Shown piece after piece: positions 1 to 8,590 of a stretch of 64,000 nucleotides of DNA. Numbering within the stretch: position 1 is the stretch's first letter; every line of letters begins with the position of its first letter. Source of the DNA: Candidatus Latescibacterota bacterium (GTDB lineage Bacteria > Latescibacterota > UBA2968); contig OZ240241.1 of NCBI GenBank assembly GCA_965198115.1, positions 1,760,001 to 1,824,000 on the forward strand. The letters run 5' to 3'. The notes under the pieces were generated by a model, which ran no database searches, was not told the DNA's origin, and saw only the letters and a program-made list of their open reading frames with translations. The position numbers and the translations under genes are program-made.

Positions 1-1233
1 CCCGGGTGTCGAGGCCGTGTGAATCCACGAAGTAAACGTGATGGCGCCTTCGGCGGCCGCACCGGCCGCTTTGACCTCGTCGATCGTCATCTCGAGGATG
101 ATAAGGGAAGTGCCCAGGTCACGACCTTGGATCAGGATCAAGGTCATCTCCGGCGACAAGGCCGAGACGAAAACGGCATCCGGGTCGAGCGCCTCTATCC
201 GCGTCAGTTGCGCCGAAAAATCGGTGTCGCCCGTCTCGAACGTCTCGGTCGCGACAACCTCGACGCCGTTGTCCGCGAACGCTTCCGTCAACGCCTCATA
301 GCCGCTCTGGGAATAGAGATCGATCCGATCGTACAGCACGGCCACCCTCTGATACCCCAGCTTCTCCCGGGTCGTCGCCACGCCGACCGGCACCATCCTA
401 TCGACGGTAAGACTCGCACGGAAGATGAAATCGCCGATCGCGCTCAACCCCGCCGCCGACGAGATCGAGCTGAACGCCACCACCTGATTATCTTGCGCGA
501 TCGGAAATGCCTCCACCGCCGCCGTGGAGATGCCCGGACCCAAGATCACGGGCACCCTGTCTTGGTGGATCAGCTTACCGAACGTTTCCACCGCACCCGC
601 AGCCGTGCCTCGATAGTCCTCGACGATGAACCGGATTTTGGGGGCGATGAGACCTGATCCGTTGACCTCTTCGAGCGCAAGCTCAAAACCGTCCCTCACC
701 GACAGGCCGTACAACGCATTGGGACCGGTCAGGGACACGACGACGCCCACGGCGATCTCTTCGGGCGCTGAGGACAGAAGCGATGAACCCGTCACGCGCG
801 CCTTCCCCCCAACGGCCAGATCGAGCAGCACCTCATACCCGCCGTTGATCGGGATGCTCGACCACCTCCCCAGCAGGTTTCCGTCCTGCCTCGCACGTGC
901 CTGGTAGTAACCGGTCGCATTTTCACCAAGCGCCACCCGCGCCCGGCCCGCCTCATCCGTCGTGTCCGACCACGCATACTGGGCCGACCGCCCGGAGATA
1001 GATCGCGAGAACTCCACAGCCGCACCGGGCACAGGCATCCCATCTTCGCGCACCGTCACCACCACCACGGCCTGCGTCACGCCCCTGTCGACAGCCGCCT
1101 TGCTCAAGGACCGCCTAACCTGCTCGCCAGCCCCCTGACCCCCCTCTGACACCGTCACACGCTCGCTGCCACAACTCCATAACACCCCGCCGGCAAGCAC
1201 CACCACAATCACACGACGAAAACTTCTCGACAT
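1..1233 (-). CDS. LivJ-type (branched-chain amino acid family) ABC substrate-binding lipoprotein with an extra N-terminal beta-rich domain; runs off the window end; apparent frameshift near 1110-1150
   Basis: Manual minus-strand translation: ATG at 1233 after an AAGGGGG RBS, signal peptide MSRSFRRVIVVVLAGGVLWSC. After a frame change near a G-run: ...VEFSRSISGR...IAVGVVVSLTGPNALYG...GFELALEEVN...VPVILGPGIST...DFIFR, typical of the LivJ fold. Absent from the ORF track because it is open to the window edge. Confidence 0.8.
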   Translation of the reverse strand, partial: MSRSFRRVIVVVLAGGVLWSCGSERVTVSEGGQGAGEQVRRSLSKAAVDRGVTQAVVVVTVREDGMPVPGAAVEFSRSISGRSAQYAWSDTTDEAGRARVALGENATGYYQARARQDGNLLGRWSSIPINGGYEVLLDLAVGGKARVTGSSLLSSAPEEIAVGVVVSLTGPNALYGLSVRDGFELALEEVNGSGLIAPKIRFIVEDYRGTAAGAVETFGKLIHQDRVPVILGPGISTAAVEAFPIAQDNQVVAFSSISSAAGLSAIGDFIFRASLTVDRMVPVGVATTREKLGYQRVAVLYDRIDLYSQSGYEALTEAFADNGVEVVATETFETGDTDFSAQLTRIEALDPDAVFVSALSPEMTLILIQGRDLGTSLIILEMTIDEVKAAGAAAEGAITFTSWIHTASTPG

Positions 1234-1383
1234 AACGACCCCCTTACGTTTCCCGAGGGCGACCTGGGCCGCCAAGGGTACGGCGCCGAAACCCGCTGCC
1301 TCCACGCATCAGTCTCCCAGGTAGACAGCCTCGAGCTGCCCCACGTCTCGTCATCGCGTCCAGGCTGGACACACCCCAGAGCA

Positions 1384-1412
1384 CAAATAGGGCCTGCCAC
1401 AGGAATTGTCAA
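1384..1412 (-). promoter_or_regulatory. sigma70-like promoter for the substrate-binding protein gene
   Basis: Minus strand TTGACA-17 bp-TATTTG, about 150 nt upstream of the ATG at 1233. Confidence 0.55.
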
Positions 1413-1522
1413 GCTTTTGTCCGTTCTGCACGACCGAGACGCCCGCTGACAGCCTGGTTCCGTGCAGCCCACCTGAAGCGTGGGACCTTTGTGAAGAGCA
1501 ACAAATTGAGGATCGCGAAACC

Positions 1523-1622
1523 AGTCATGACCTCCGGCAAAGCCGGAGGCTTGAAAACTTGTGAACCGCTCAAAGCGGTTGGAAACCAAGCGCCACCTAA
1601 AGGTGGCGCTTACCTGAAAATG
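1523..1622 (-). mobile_element. Isolated right end of the IS200-family element (three hairpins plus the last tnpA codons)
   Basis: 100 bp identical, except one mismatch, to 36886-36985. Confidence 0.92.
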
Positions 1623-2081
1623 CAGTCCGCTCACGGACGCCCTGGTTGCCTGTCGCGACATCCAGATCGAGTACGACCTGTCCGTGCGCGGTCACGGTGG
1701 AGAGCGCCAACCTCGGCCCGAGAGACCTCCAGGTGTTTACAGCAGCAGCTCCGCCACAGGCCGACCGCGCTTCAGGATGATTACCCGCGCGGCGCGATCG
1801 AGGATAGCCAGGCATCGGGCCTGGTCTATACTCGGGCACCGCCGGCCCGTACGTCCAGGCTTCGATCGGGATCCAATAGCTCCAAACTCAGAATTCTGAC
1901 CTCACAAAGCTTACTGCCAAGGACGTAACAAGCTACCTGACCCAACTCAGGAAACGTTACTCAGAATGGAGCGCGCGCTCGACCGGCGCGTGCCTCGCTC
2001 GTCAGCCGGTCCGTTCGTTCGCCGCCGCGCCGATCGTCGGCTCGCGCACGGCCGTGTGGTGTGCGTTCCTTGGCGCCGCCG

Positions 2082-3275
2082 CTACCAGGCCATCGTGGCC
2101 CGCGCGAGCGCAGCGTGATCCGTGCCGCCCTGCAGGGGGCGCTCGCGGCGCTGCGCATCGACGCCCAGCTCGAACGTCGTCCCCGCGCGGCCGAGCACGC
2201 CGAGCCCGTAGCCCAGCCGGTAGTCCCGCCCCATCTCGGACGTCCCGACGCCGATCCGCGGCGTTCCGACGAAGCGGCTCCCCACCGGCAGCCCGTAGCC
2301 CAGCTCCGCGTCGAGCCGGGTGTCGTCGGCGCCGCCGCCGTGCGCGAGCCCCGCCACCGTCTCCCGGCCCCAGAGCGCCTCGGCCCCGCTCGTCGCCTGG
2401 CCGCCCCACGACGGCACCACGCGCGCCGTCAGCCCCAGCGGCGTCGACGGCGTCGGGTTGTAGCTCAGTGACACCGCGAGGCCCCGCTCGCGAAATCCCT
2501 CGGCCTGATGCACCAGCAGCGTCCGCACCCGCACGTCCACCGCCAGCCCGGTCGCGGCGTCCGCCATCACCAGCCCGCTCCTGAGCGCCAGCCCGCCGTC
2601 TGGCGTCAGCCACAGCCCGCCGGCCCCGTAGCCGGTCACGCCCCACACGGACACCCGGTCGGTGACCTGGTAGCCGAGCCACGGGTAGAGGCCGGTCACC
2701 GACGAGGCGACCTGCCCGCCGGTGACGCCGACGTACTCGCCCAGGCCCCGGCTGTGCGACAGCGACAGGCCCGCCACCAGTGGCCCCTTGGCGTAGTCGG
2801 CCCCGACCACCGTCGTCCGCACGTCGTCGCCGAGCGACAGCGCGCCCTCGCGCCCCGCGAAGGACGACCGCGCGCCCCGGCTCCAGAACGACAGGATGCC
2901 GCCGTGCGTCTCGCGGTTCACCGCGACGGCCGAGCCGGTCAGCAGATCCCCGCCGCCGAGGCCCATCTGGAGGAGTCCGCCGCCGTTGAGCCCGCCGTCC
3001 GGCCCGGCCGCCGCGCCCAGCGGTCCGCGGGCGTCGCATCCGAGCGGATGCGCGCCGGCCGAACCACCAAGCCGGTTGAGGAAGCTCAGCGCCATCTCAC
3101 GCTCCATGCCGCGCCGCAGCTCCCGGCTCGCGCGCCGCCGCGATCCGTTCCTCGACGTGCTCGACCACGTGCACCGCCGCCGTCCGCCCGAACCGGGCCA
3201 GCAGCGCGCGCGGCAGCGGGTCCAGGTTTCAGGCGGCTGCAGCGCGTCCTTCAACGTCCCCGTCGAGAGCGGCAT
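2082..3275 (-). pseudogene. C-terminal autotransporter-like beta-barrel fragment; 5'-truncated, frameshifted, probably internally deleted
   Basis: Amphipathic strands (VRTTVVGADYAKG, GLYPWLGY, RLDAELGYGLPVG...) ending in a terminal W. A second frame near 3130-3215 reads LLARFGRTAAVHVVEHVEER. Visibly much higher GC than the flanks. Confidence 0.7.
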
Positions 3276-3305
3276 CGTGCGTCTGAAGGGCGACCACAAG
3301 CTTGG

Positions 3306-4160
3306 TCATCTGGCGGTAGCCCTTGAGTCGCCGGAAGCCCTCGCCCACACGGCCGCGTGCTCACCCGACCCTTCCTTCTTCCTCCCAGCGGACCACGTGC
3401 CCCTCCCCTCACGCAGGATCTTCAGGGCCTGCACAGAGCCCGCGCCGAACAGAGACAGTTGATTCGGGTGGACGACCGCATTCACCAACTGGTGGATCGC
3501 GGCGATGTGGCCTCGGTCCACATAGGGCCCCCCCTCATCTGGCAGATGCCTCACGGCATCCATCGCGCGTTCGTCAGCAACGGGCTCGCCCACGCGTAAG
3601 CCGGCGGTGACCCGGCCATAGAAACCGACCTTCTGGAGCATCTTACAGAGCCTCATCTCCCGACGGCCGATTTCGGTCCTGATTCTTCGCCGAAGCTGGA
3701 AGCTCCCGGCCTCACGCAGGTCGGCGAAAGCCGCCACCTGGAGACGTTCAAACCGCCTCCTTATCTGGGAGAGTGCTGCCTGCGCTTGCCCAACACCCTC
3801 TGCGAGCACCTGGTAGACCGAGATCACCTCCAGGTCGTCCCTTACGACGGGCCCATCAACCCCCAACCCCCTCGCGATGCCGACCACGTCCTCTTCCCGC
3901 GCGTACAGCTCAGCGGCGACCAACCGTCTGGCCCAGTCGATCGGGTCCAGGCCCTCCACCCGCCTTTCTCGTGGCCAGGTGCCCTCTCGCTCGAAGAAGG
4001 CTTTCCTGACGCGCACAGAGTCGACACTGGGAAGGGGCAACTCGTTCGTCCGGGCAACGGTATCGATCAACAGCCGGATCGAGGCCACGTCCTTTGGGAC
4101 GGCAATCGGCAGACCCGATGTGCGTCTTCTTTTCTTTGGCTTGGCACTCGTTCTCACCAT
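3306..4160 (-). CDS. Hypothetical protein with a central HTH-like motif and a QLSLF motif
   Basis: ORF 3306..4289; likelier start MVRTSAKP at 4160 after a purine-rich RBS-like stretch. RRLVAAELYAREEDVVGIARGLGVDGPVVRDDLEVI fits an HTH pattern; QLSLF at 3447-3461. Confidence 0.65.
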   Translation of the reverse strand: MVRTSAKPKKRRRTSGLPIAVPKDVASIRLLIDTVARTNELPLPSVDSVRVRKAFFEREGTWPRERRVEGLDPIDWARRLVAAELYAREEDVVGIARGLGVDGPVVRDDLEVISVYQVLAEGVGQAQAALSQIRRRFERLQVAAFADLREAGSFQLRRRIRTEIGRREMRLCKMLQKVGFYGRVTAGLRVGEPVADERAMDAVRHLPDEGGPYVDRGHIAAIHQLVNAVVHPNQLSLFGAGSVQALKILREGRGTWSAGRKKEGSGEHAAVWARASGDSRATAR

Positions 4161-4508
4161 TCCGTTGCCCTTCCGGGCGAAGGCATGCGCGATGCGCGCA
4201 AGGTTCTTCGCGGCAGACCCCGTCTCTCCGATTCGCACCGCCAGAGCTACGAAGAAAAATAACTTTCCCCTCCACGCCGCCCAGAACAAATAACTTTGGC
4301 GACAGGCCGTTGGCGAAATATTTTTTCCACCTGGACAACACCGCTTTTTCGTGCCCGGTTTCCCACCCCAAAGAACATCACAATAAACGCCCTATACCAC
4401 TGTTTACCAATAGGTTAACCGCACAAAACAAAGAAAATAACGGTGTTTTAAAATTTCTTAAGGAGGGAAACCACCGCATCGATAAGCCGCTCCCTCGCCT
4501 CATTCTGG

Positions 4509-4705
4509 AAGCTATGATTAATAGGTGTGGAAAAAGAGAAAGGGCGACCCTACACTTCCCGTGAGATAGTCCTATTCACGAAACACCGGGTGTGAGGCCC
4601 GATTTAGGAAGGAGGATCGCCGTGAGAGAACATACGCATAAAGCCTCGATGAAGTCTATCCCGACGTGGGAGACGGTTGATGATTGGATCCGTGAAGAGA
4701 TCCAG
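4509..4705 (+). mobile_element. 5' fragment (left IR plus transposase start) of a diverged IS256-family type A element
   Basis: Clear but imperfect match to 7213-7407 (AGGTGTGGAAAAAGAGAAAGGGCGACCC; PTWETVDDWIREEIQ). Confidence 0.88.
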
Positions 4706-5099
4706 CTCCTGTCCCAACGCTACGAGCGCGGCACGATCATGATCACCAGCAACCTGCCCTTCTCGAAGTGGGAGCAGATCTTCAAGGATCAGATGACCAC
4801 CGCAGCGGCCATCGACCGCCTCGGCCATCACTGCGTGATCCTCGAGCTCAACCTCCCCAGCTATCGGCTCGAACACTCGAAAATCGCCCGGAAGGGCAAA
4901 GTTAAGGCCGCTCAGAACCCATAATGACAACCCAGAACGCCCCACACTCACACTACGAACAACGCATCCTGCCACGATCTAAACGCATCAACTGGATGGC
5001 CCGGCCACCACCCATCACACCCGGAAAACCCACCCACCCCGCATGATCCACCGGGAATTCCAATTGTCGCTGACCGGAAAGAATGATTGACGCCGGACA
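4706..5099 (+). mobile_element. istB: IS21-family 3' remnant: istB C-terminus and right end
   Basis: LLSQRYERGTIMITSNLPFSKWEQIF...AAAIDRL.HH...SYR is the IstB C-terminal signature. The end has two tandem ACCGG(G/A)AA...ATTG.CGC repeats and terminates ...GGACA. Confidence 0.85.
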
Positions 5100-5459
5100 C
5101 TCTAAACCACGCACACGAGGGACGACGCACTTCCACCGTCCCGCAACTCAGAGAGAATGCGTCGAGGCTTCCCTATACCCATTCCTATAACCCAGAGATG
5201 CGTCTACACCAACCGTCCGTACGTAACGAGAACTGCTCAGAACTGCGTCACTTCCTCTTCCAGCATCGACTGAAGCAAATTCCGTATCTGCTCCTGCGCC
5301 CATTCCTCGAGCGTGGACCACGTCGGAGTAGATAAAGCAGATTCTTCAAGGCGATCCTCCTTCCCTCCGGACGGCTACCCGGATTCCGAGTTGTGGTGTT
5401 ACTTGGGAATTTTATATGGTCTCGTTCCTTCTATTTATCCACCTTATGAAGGTAGCCTC
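5100..5459 (-). mobile_element. Degenerate IS256-family (type A relative) 5' fragment
   Basis: Minus strand has GGAAGGAGGATCGCC (same RBS context as 7309-7323), then frameshifted PTWSTLEEWAQEQIRNLLQSMLEEEV...GYRNGY..KPRR..SCGTVEVRRP..RGLE. Confidence 0.8.
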
Positions 5460-5633
5460 AGACGGAGGACATGAGCATATCAGATACACGCCGGTGTCTT
5501 CCTTGGGTATTCGGTGCGAACGACTCAAATCCAGAACGACATTCTTCCAGGACAGATCTCCGCTGACGCGTACGAGTTCATTCCACAATCTCTTTTCAGG
5601 AGACCATCCGGTTAAGGAGCGAGTACGGCCCAT
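5460..5633 (-). pseudogene. N-terminal fragment of a possible GIY-YIG-like nuclease, truncated by the IS at 5459
   Basis: ...SHRIPKEDTGVYLIC... resembles the first GIY-YIG motif; the frame then runs into the IS left IR. Confidence 0.4.
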
Positions 5634-5796
5634 ATCATTATTCCGTTGGAAGCTTGCTGCAGACACAAACAGACTATCAGGAGGAATGCGTGACACATTC
5701 CTACGTCAGCATGAGCAGTAGTGCGGTTGAAGCCGGATGCGAACGTAGCGTCCATCACTTCTCTTCTATGGCGGTCATGCGTTTGCACAGTTCTTT

Positions 5797-6598
5797 TCAT
5801 TTATGACACGCAAGGCAGACTTTGGCCTTGCCATAGAGGTCGTCAATGTCGATGGGCTCGCCGTCGGGACGGAGGGGATTCGGCTGTTGAGCGGCGCGCG
5901 TCCGCTCTAGGCGGCGAAGGTGGTCCTCCTTAATCTGCGCGACGCGCTCAGGCCTAGCGAGATCATCGAGTGCCTCGCCCTGGCTCCAGGTGAATGGCGA
6001 GCCATGATCGATCGCGCTCTTTTCGTAGCGCTTGGCTTCCTCAAAGTAGTCCGGATGCCGCTCCATTAGCCGCACCCATTCGATCTTCTGTTGGAAAAAG
6101 CAGAATGTACAACCGCTACGGGTACGCCACTCATAGTTATTCGGGGAGTCCTAGGCCGGCACCTTCCAGAATCTCCAGCACCCCGGCCTTGTCGATGCCA
6201 GCGTCCTTGAACGGCAGCTGAACGACAAGGCCCTCATGCTTGGATGCGTAGCCTTCACGGTATTCCTCATCAGCGCGGATAGCGCATAGCTGAATACTCT
6301 CATCCCGTTCTCGAGTGCCGGCTTGATCCACTGCTCGAAAGAGACGCAGTTTCAACTGCCGCGTACACCAGCGCGTCTGTGCCGATGGCAGGAAGTTGTT
6401 GTACTGTTTGAGCCAGAAGTCGAAGTCCCGATCGGGGTTCAGCCTCAGGATGGGTTTGCCCAGAAACCCTTCGAGCTTAACCAGGAACTCGTAGACCTCC
6501 GGTAGTTCCTTACCGGTATCGGTGAAGAAATAGTCGATATCAAGTTCGGGATGGTTCTGGCGCATGTGAACGGCGAGCGCCGCGCTGTCACGGCCTCC
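5797..6598 (-). pseudogene. sspD: PAPS-reductase-family phosphorothioation protein SspD; frameshifted, start lost
   Basis: GGRDSAALAVHM (6598 onward), YFFTDTGKELPEVYEFL, NNFLPSAQTRWCTRQLK, AIRADE, WRTRSGCTFCFFQQKIEW, FTWSQGE, C-terminal CLACHK; spread over ORFs 6137..6565 and 5797..6075. Confidence 0.8.
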
Positions 6599-6995
6599 TC
6601 TTCAAGGTGGCCGGTGGCTCCGCAGCACGAGTGGTCTCCAAATAACGGGCGCTCAATTCGGCCAGGGGCGGCCAGAATGATGTTGCTCCTCGCTTCACCG
6701 CTTTCTCGGAGCGTTGTGTCCATGCGTTCGATCAGCGATCTCACCTCGGATCGATCTATGTCGGCAACATCGAACTCGGCATGGAGCGGCGCCGGAGGCC
6801 CTTCCATGCCGACAACCACCACCATCGCGTGTCTTTTGTCCTGGCGGCCCTTGACGCGGGCGAAGGACTCCGCACGGACAAACCGTTGAGCCATTTCGGC
6901 GAGTTCGACCGTCGCCCGGTCGATATCCGGATCGACCCAACCCCGAGGGGGTTTGTTGACGGCCATGCCCGCCAGACTCTCTCCATATCCTCCGT
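6588..6995 (-). pseudogene. sspC: C-terminal fragment of an SspC-like large ATPase
   Basis: ESLAGMAVNKPPRGWVDPDIDRATVELAEMAQRF...ILAALAELS (after correcting a C-run indel), directly upstream of sspD. Assignment from recalled family sequence plus synteny. Confidence 0.6.
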
Positions 6996-7212
6996 ACCAC
7001 TTGTCCGTCAGATATGCTTCGAAATCACCCGTGATGGCCACCGTCGACCTCCTTCAGGTTGCGGGGTAGAATGGATAGTCCCGTTTCCGGATCGCGAATA
7101 TAACGCCACAGGCCCAACCACGAAACTCGGCTCGGAACAGCCCAAGGAGCATTCAGCTGAGGCTTTGATGCAAAGACCTTCCTCAATATCATTGATGACT
7201 CCAGAGTGGGTC

Positions 7213-8586
7213 GAGCTATAATCAAAAGGTGTGGAAAAAGAGAAAGGGCGACCCTACCCTTCCCGTGAGATAGTTGATTCACACAAAACCGGGTGAGAGG
7301 CCCGGTTGGGAAGGAGGATCGCCGTGAAGGAACATACGCATAGAGCCCCATTGAAGTCCATGCCGACGTGGGAGACGGTTGACGATTGGATCCGTGAAGA
7401 GATCCAGGGCCGGTTCCAGTCCATTCTGGAGGAGGAGGCGACCGCGTTCTTGGGCCGGTCGTGGTATGAGCGCCGAGCCGAGGTCGATAGCTCCAGGGGC
7501 TACAGGAACGGCTACGGCAAGCCCCGGCGTCTCTCGACGAGCTGCGGAACGATCAAGGTCCGGCGTCCCCGGGTTCGTGGTCTGGAAGAGCGGTTTGAAA
7601 GCCGCATCCTCCCCCTGTTCGCCCGGAGAACCAGGGCCATTGGAGATCTGCTTCCCGACCTTTATCTCCACGGTCTCTCCCAGGGCGACTTCGAGTTGTC
7701 TTTGCGTGCGCTGCTCGGTGATGGCGCGCCGCTTTCGCCGACCTCGATCGCTCGTCTTCGAGGGAAGTGGGAGGTCGACTTCCAGGACTGGAAAGAAAGG
7801 CGTCTGGATAATCGCGAACTGGTCTACGCCTGGGCTGATGGCATCTACGTCAAAGCCGGGCTCGAGCGCGAGAAGGCGTGTCTGCTGGTCGTGATCGGCG
7901 CGATGAGCGACGGCAGCAAGGAGATCCTGGCGATAGAACCCGGTTATCGAGAGTCTACAGAATCCTGGCTCACGGTGCTCCGGGATCTCCGGGATCGCGG
8001 GCTCGAACATCCTGTCCTGATCGCCGCGGACGGGAATATGGGCATCTGGGCGGCCGTTGATCAGGTCTGGCCAGAGAGCCGGCAACAACGGTGCTGGAAC
8101 CACAAGATCCTCAACGTGCTCGACAAGGTCGCCAAGCGTGCACAGGCTGAAGCCCGCGCACTGCTCGTCCAGATCCCCTATGCCGGCACGAAAAAGGAGG
8201 CCGAGAAGCTCCGGAAACGCTTTGCCGCACGGTATCGCTCACAGTTCCCTGCCGCCGTGGAGACGCTCGAAAGAGACTGGGATCGGATGGTCACGTTCTA
8301 CGACTTCCCGAAGGAACACTGGAAACACCTGAGAACCACGAACGTCGTCGAGAGCCCCTTTGCTTCCGTTCGGCTTCGCACAAACGCCGCCAGGCGATTC
8401 AAGAAAGTCAGGAACGCCACGACTCTCATCTGGCGTACGCTCAAGGTCGCAGAGAGCCGATTCAGGAAACTCACCGCGCCACACTTGCTACAACAAGTCT
8501 ACGATCAGAAACACTCAACCGGACCGCAGGTCGAAACCGGGAAGATGGCCGCCTGATTTCTTTTACACACCTATTGACCTGAGCTC
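7213..8586 (+). mobile_element. IS256-family element type A, complete
   Basis: Imperfect IRs GAGCT...AGGTGTG.AAAA; 8-bp TSD AGTGGGTC at 7205-7212 and 8587-8594. Confidence 0.95.
7324..8556 (+). CDS. IS256-family transposase
   Basis: GYRNGY, WADGIYVK, IAADG, QQRCWNHK, LRTTNVVES motifs; GTG start after GGAAGGAGG. Confidence 0.95.
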   Translation: MKEHTHRAPLKSMPTWETVDDWIREEIQGRFQSILEEEATAFLGRSWYERRAEVDSSRGYRNGYGKPRRLSTSCGTIKVRRPRVRGLEERFESRILPLFARRTRAIGDLLPDLYLHGLSQGDFELSLRALLGDGAPLSPTSIARLRGKWEVDFQDWKERRLDNRELVYAWADGIYVKAGLEREKACLLVVIGAMSDGSKEILAIEPGYRESTESWLTVLRDLRDRGLEHPVLIAADGNMGIWAAVDQVWPESRQQRCWNHKILNVLDKVAKRAQAEARALLVQIPYAGTKKEAEKLRKRFAARYRSQFPAAVETLERDWDRMVTFYDFPKEHWKHLRTTNVVESPFASVRLRTNAARRFKKVRNATTLIWRTLKVAESRFRKLTAPHLLQQVYDQKHSTGPQVETGKMAA

Positions 8587-8590
8587 AGTG

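Noticed and set aside
19-657. Plus-strand 212-aa ORF and the many similar long antisense ORFs (for example 12000..12842, 23237..24529, 29245..30411, 40717..41856)
   Set aside because: They are shadows of motif-bearing genes on the opposite strand, as expected in high-GC DNA.
1623-1900. Possible gene fragment after the solo IS200 end
   Set aside because: It looks coding-like in shifting frames, but I recognise no family motif to support a call.
1925-1960. Dyad GTAAC...CCTGA-N6-TCAGG...GTTAC as a recombination site
   Set aside because: Single occurrence with no recombinase nearby; it could be a terminator or chance.
5050-5099. IS21 remnant as the parent of the non-coding element
   Set aside because: Its end (TGTCCGGCGTCAATC on the reverse strand) shares little beyond TGT with the element's IRs and has tandem direct rather than inverted internal repeats.
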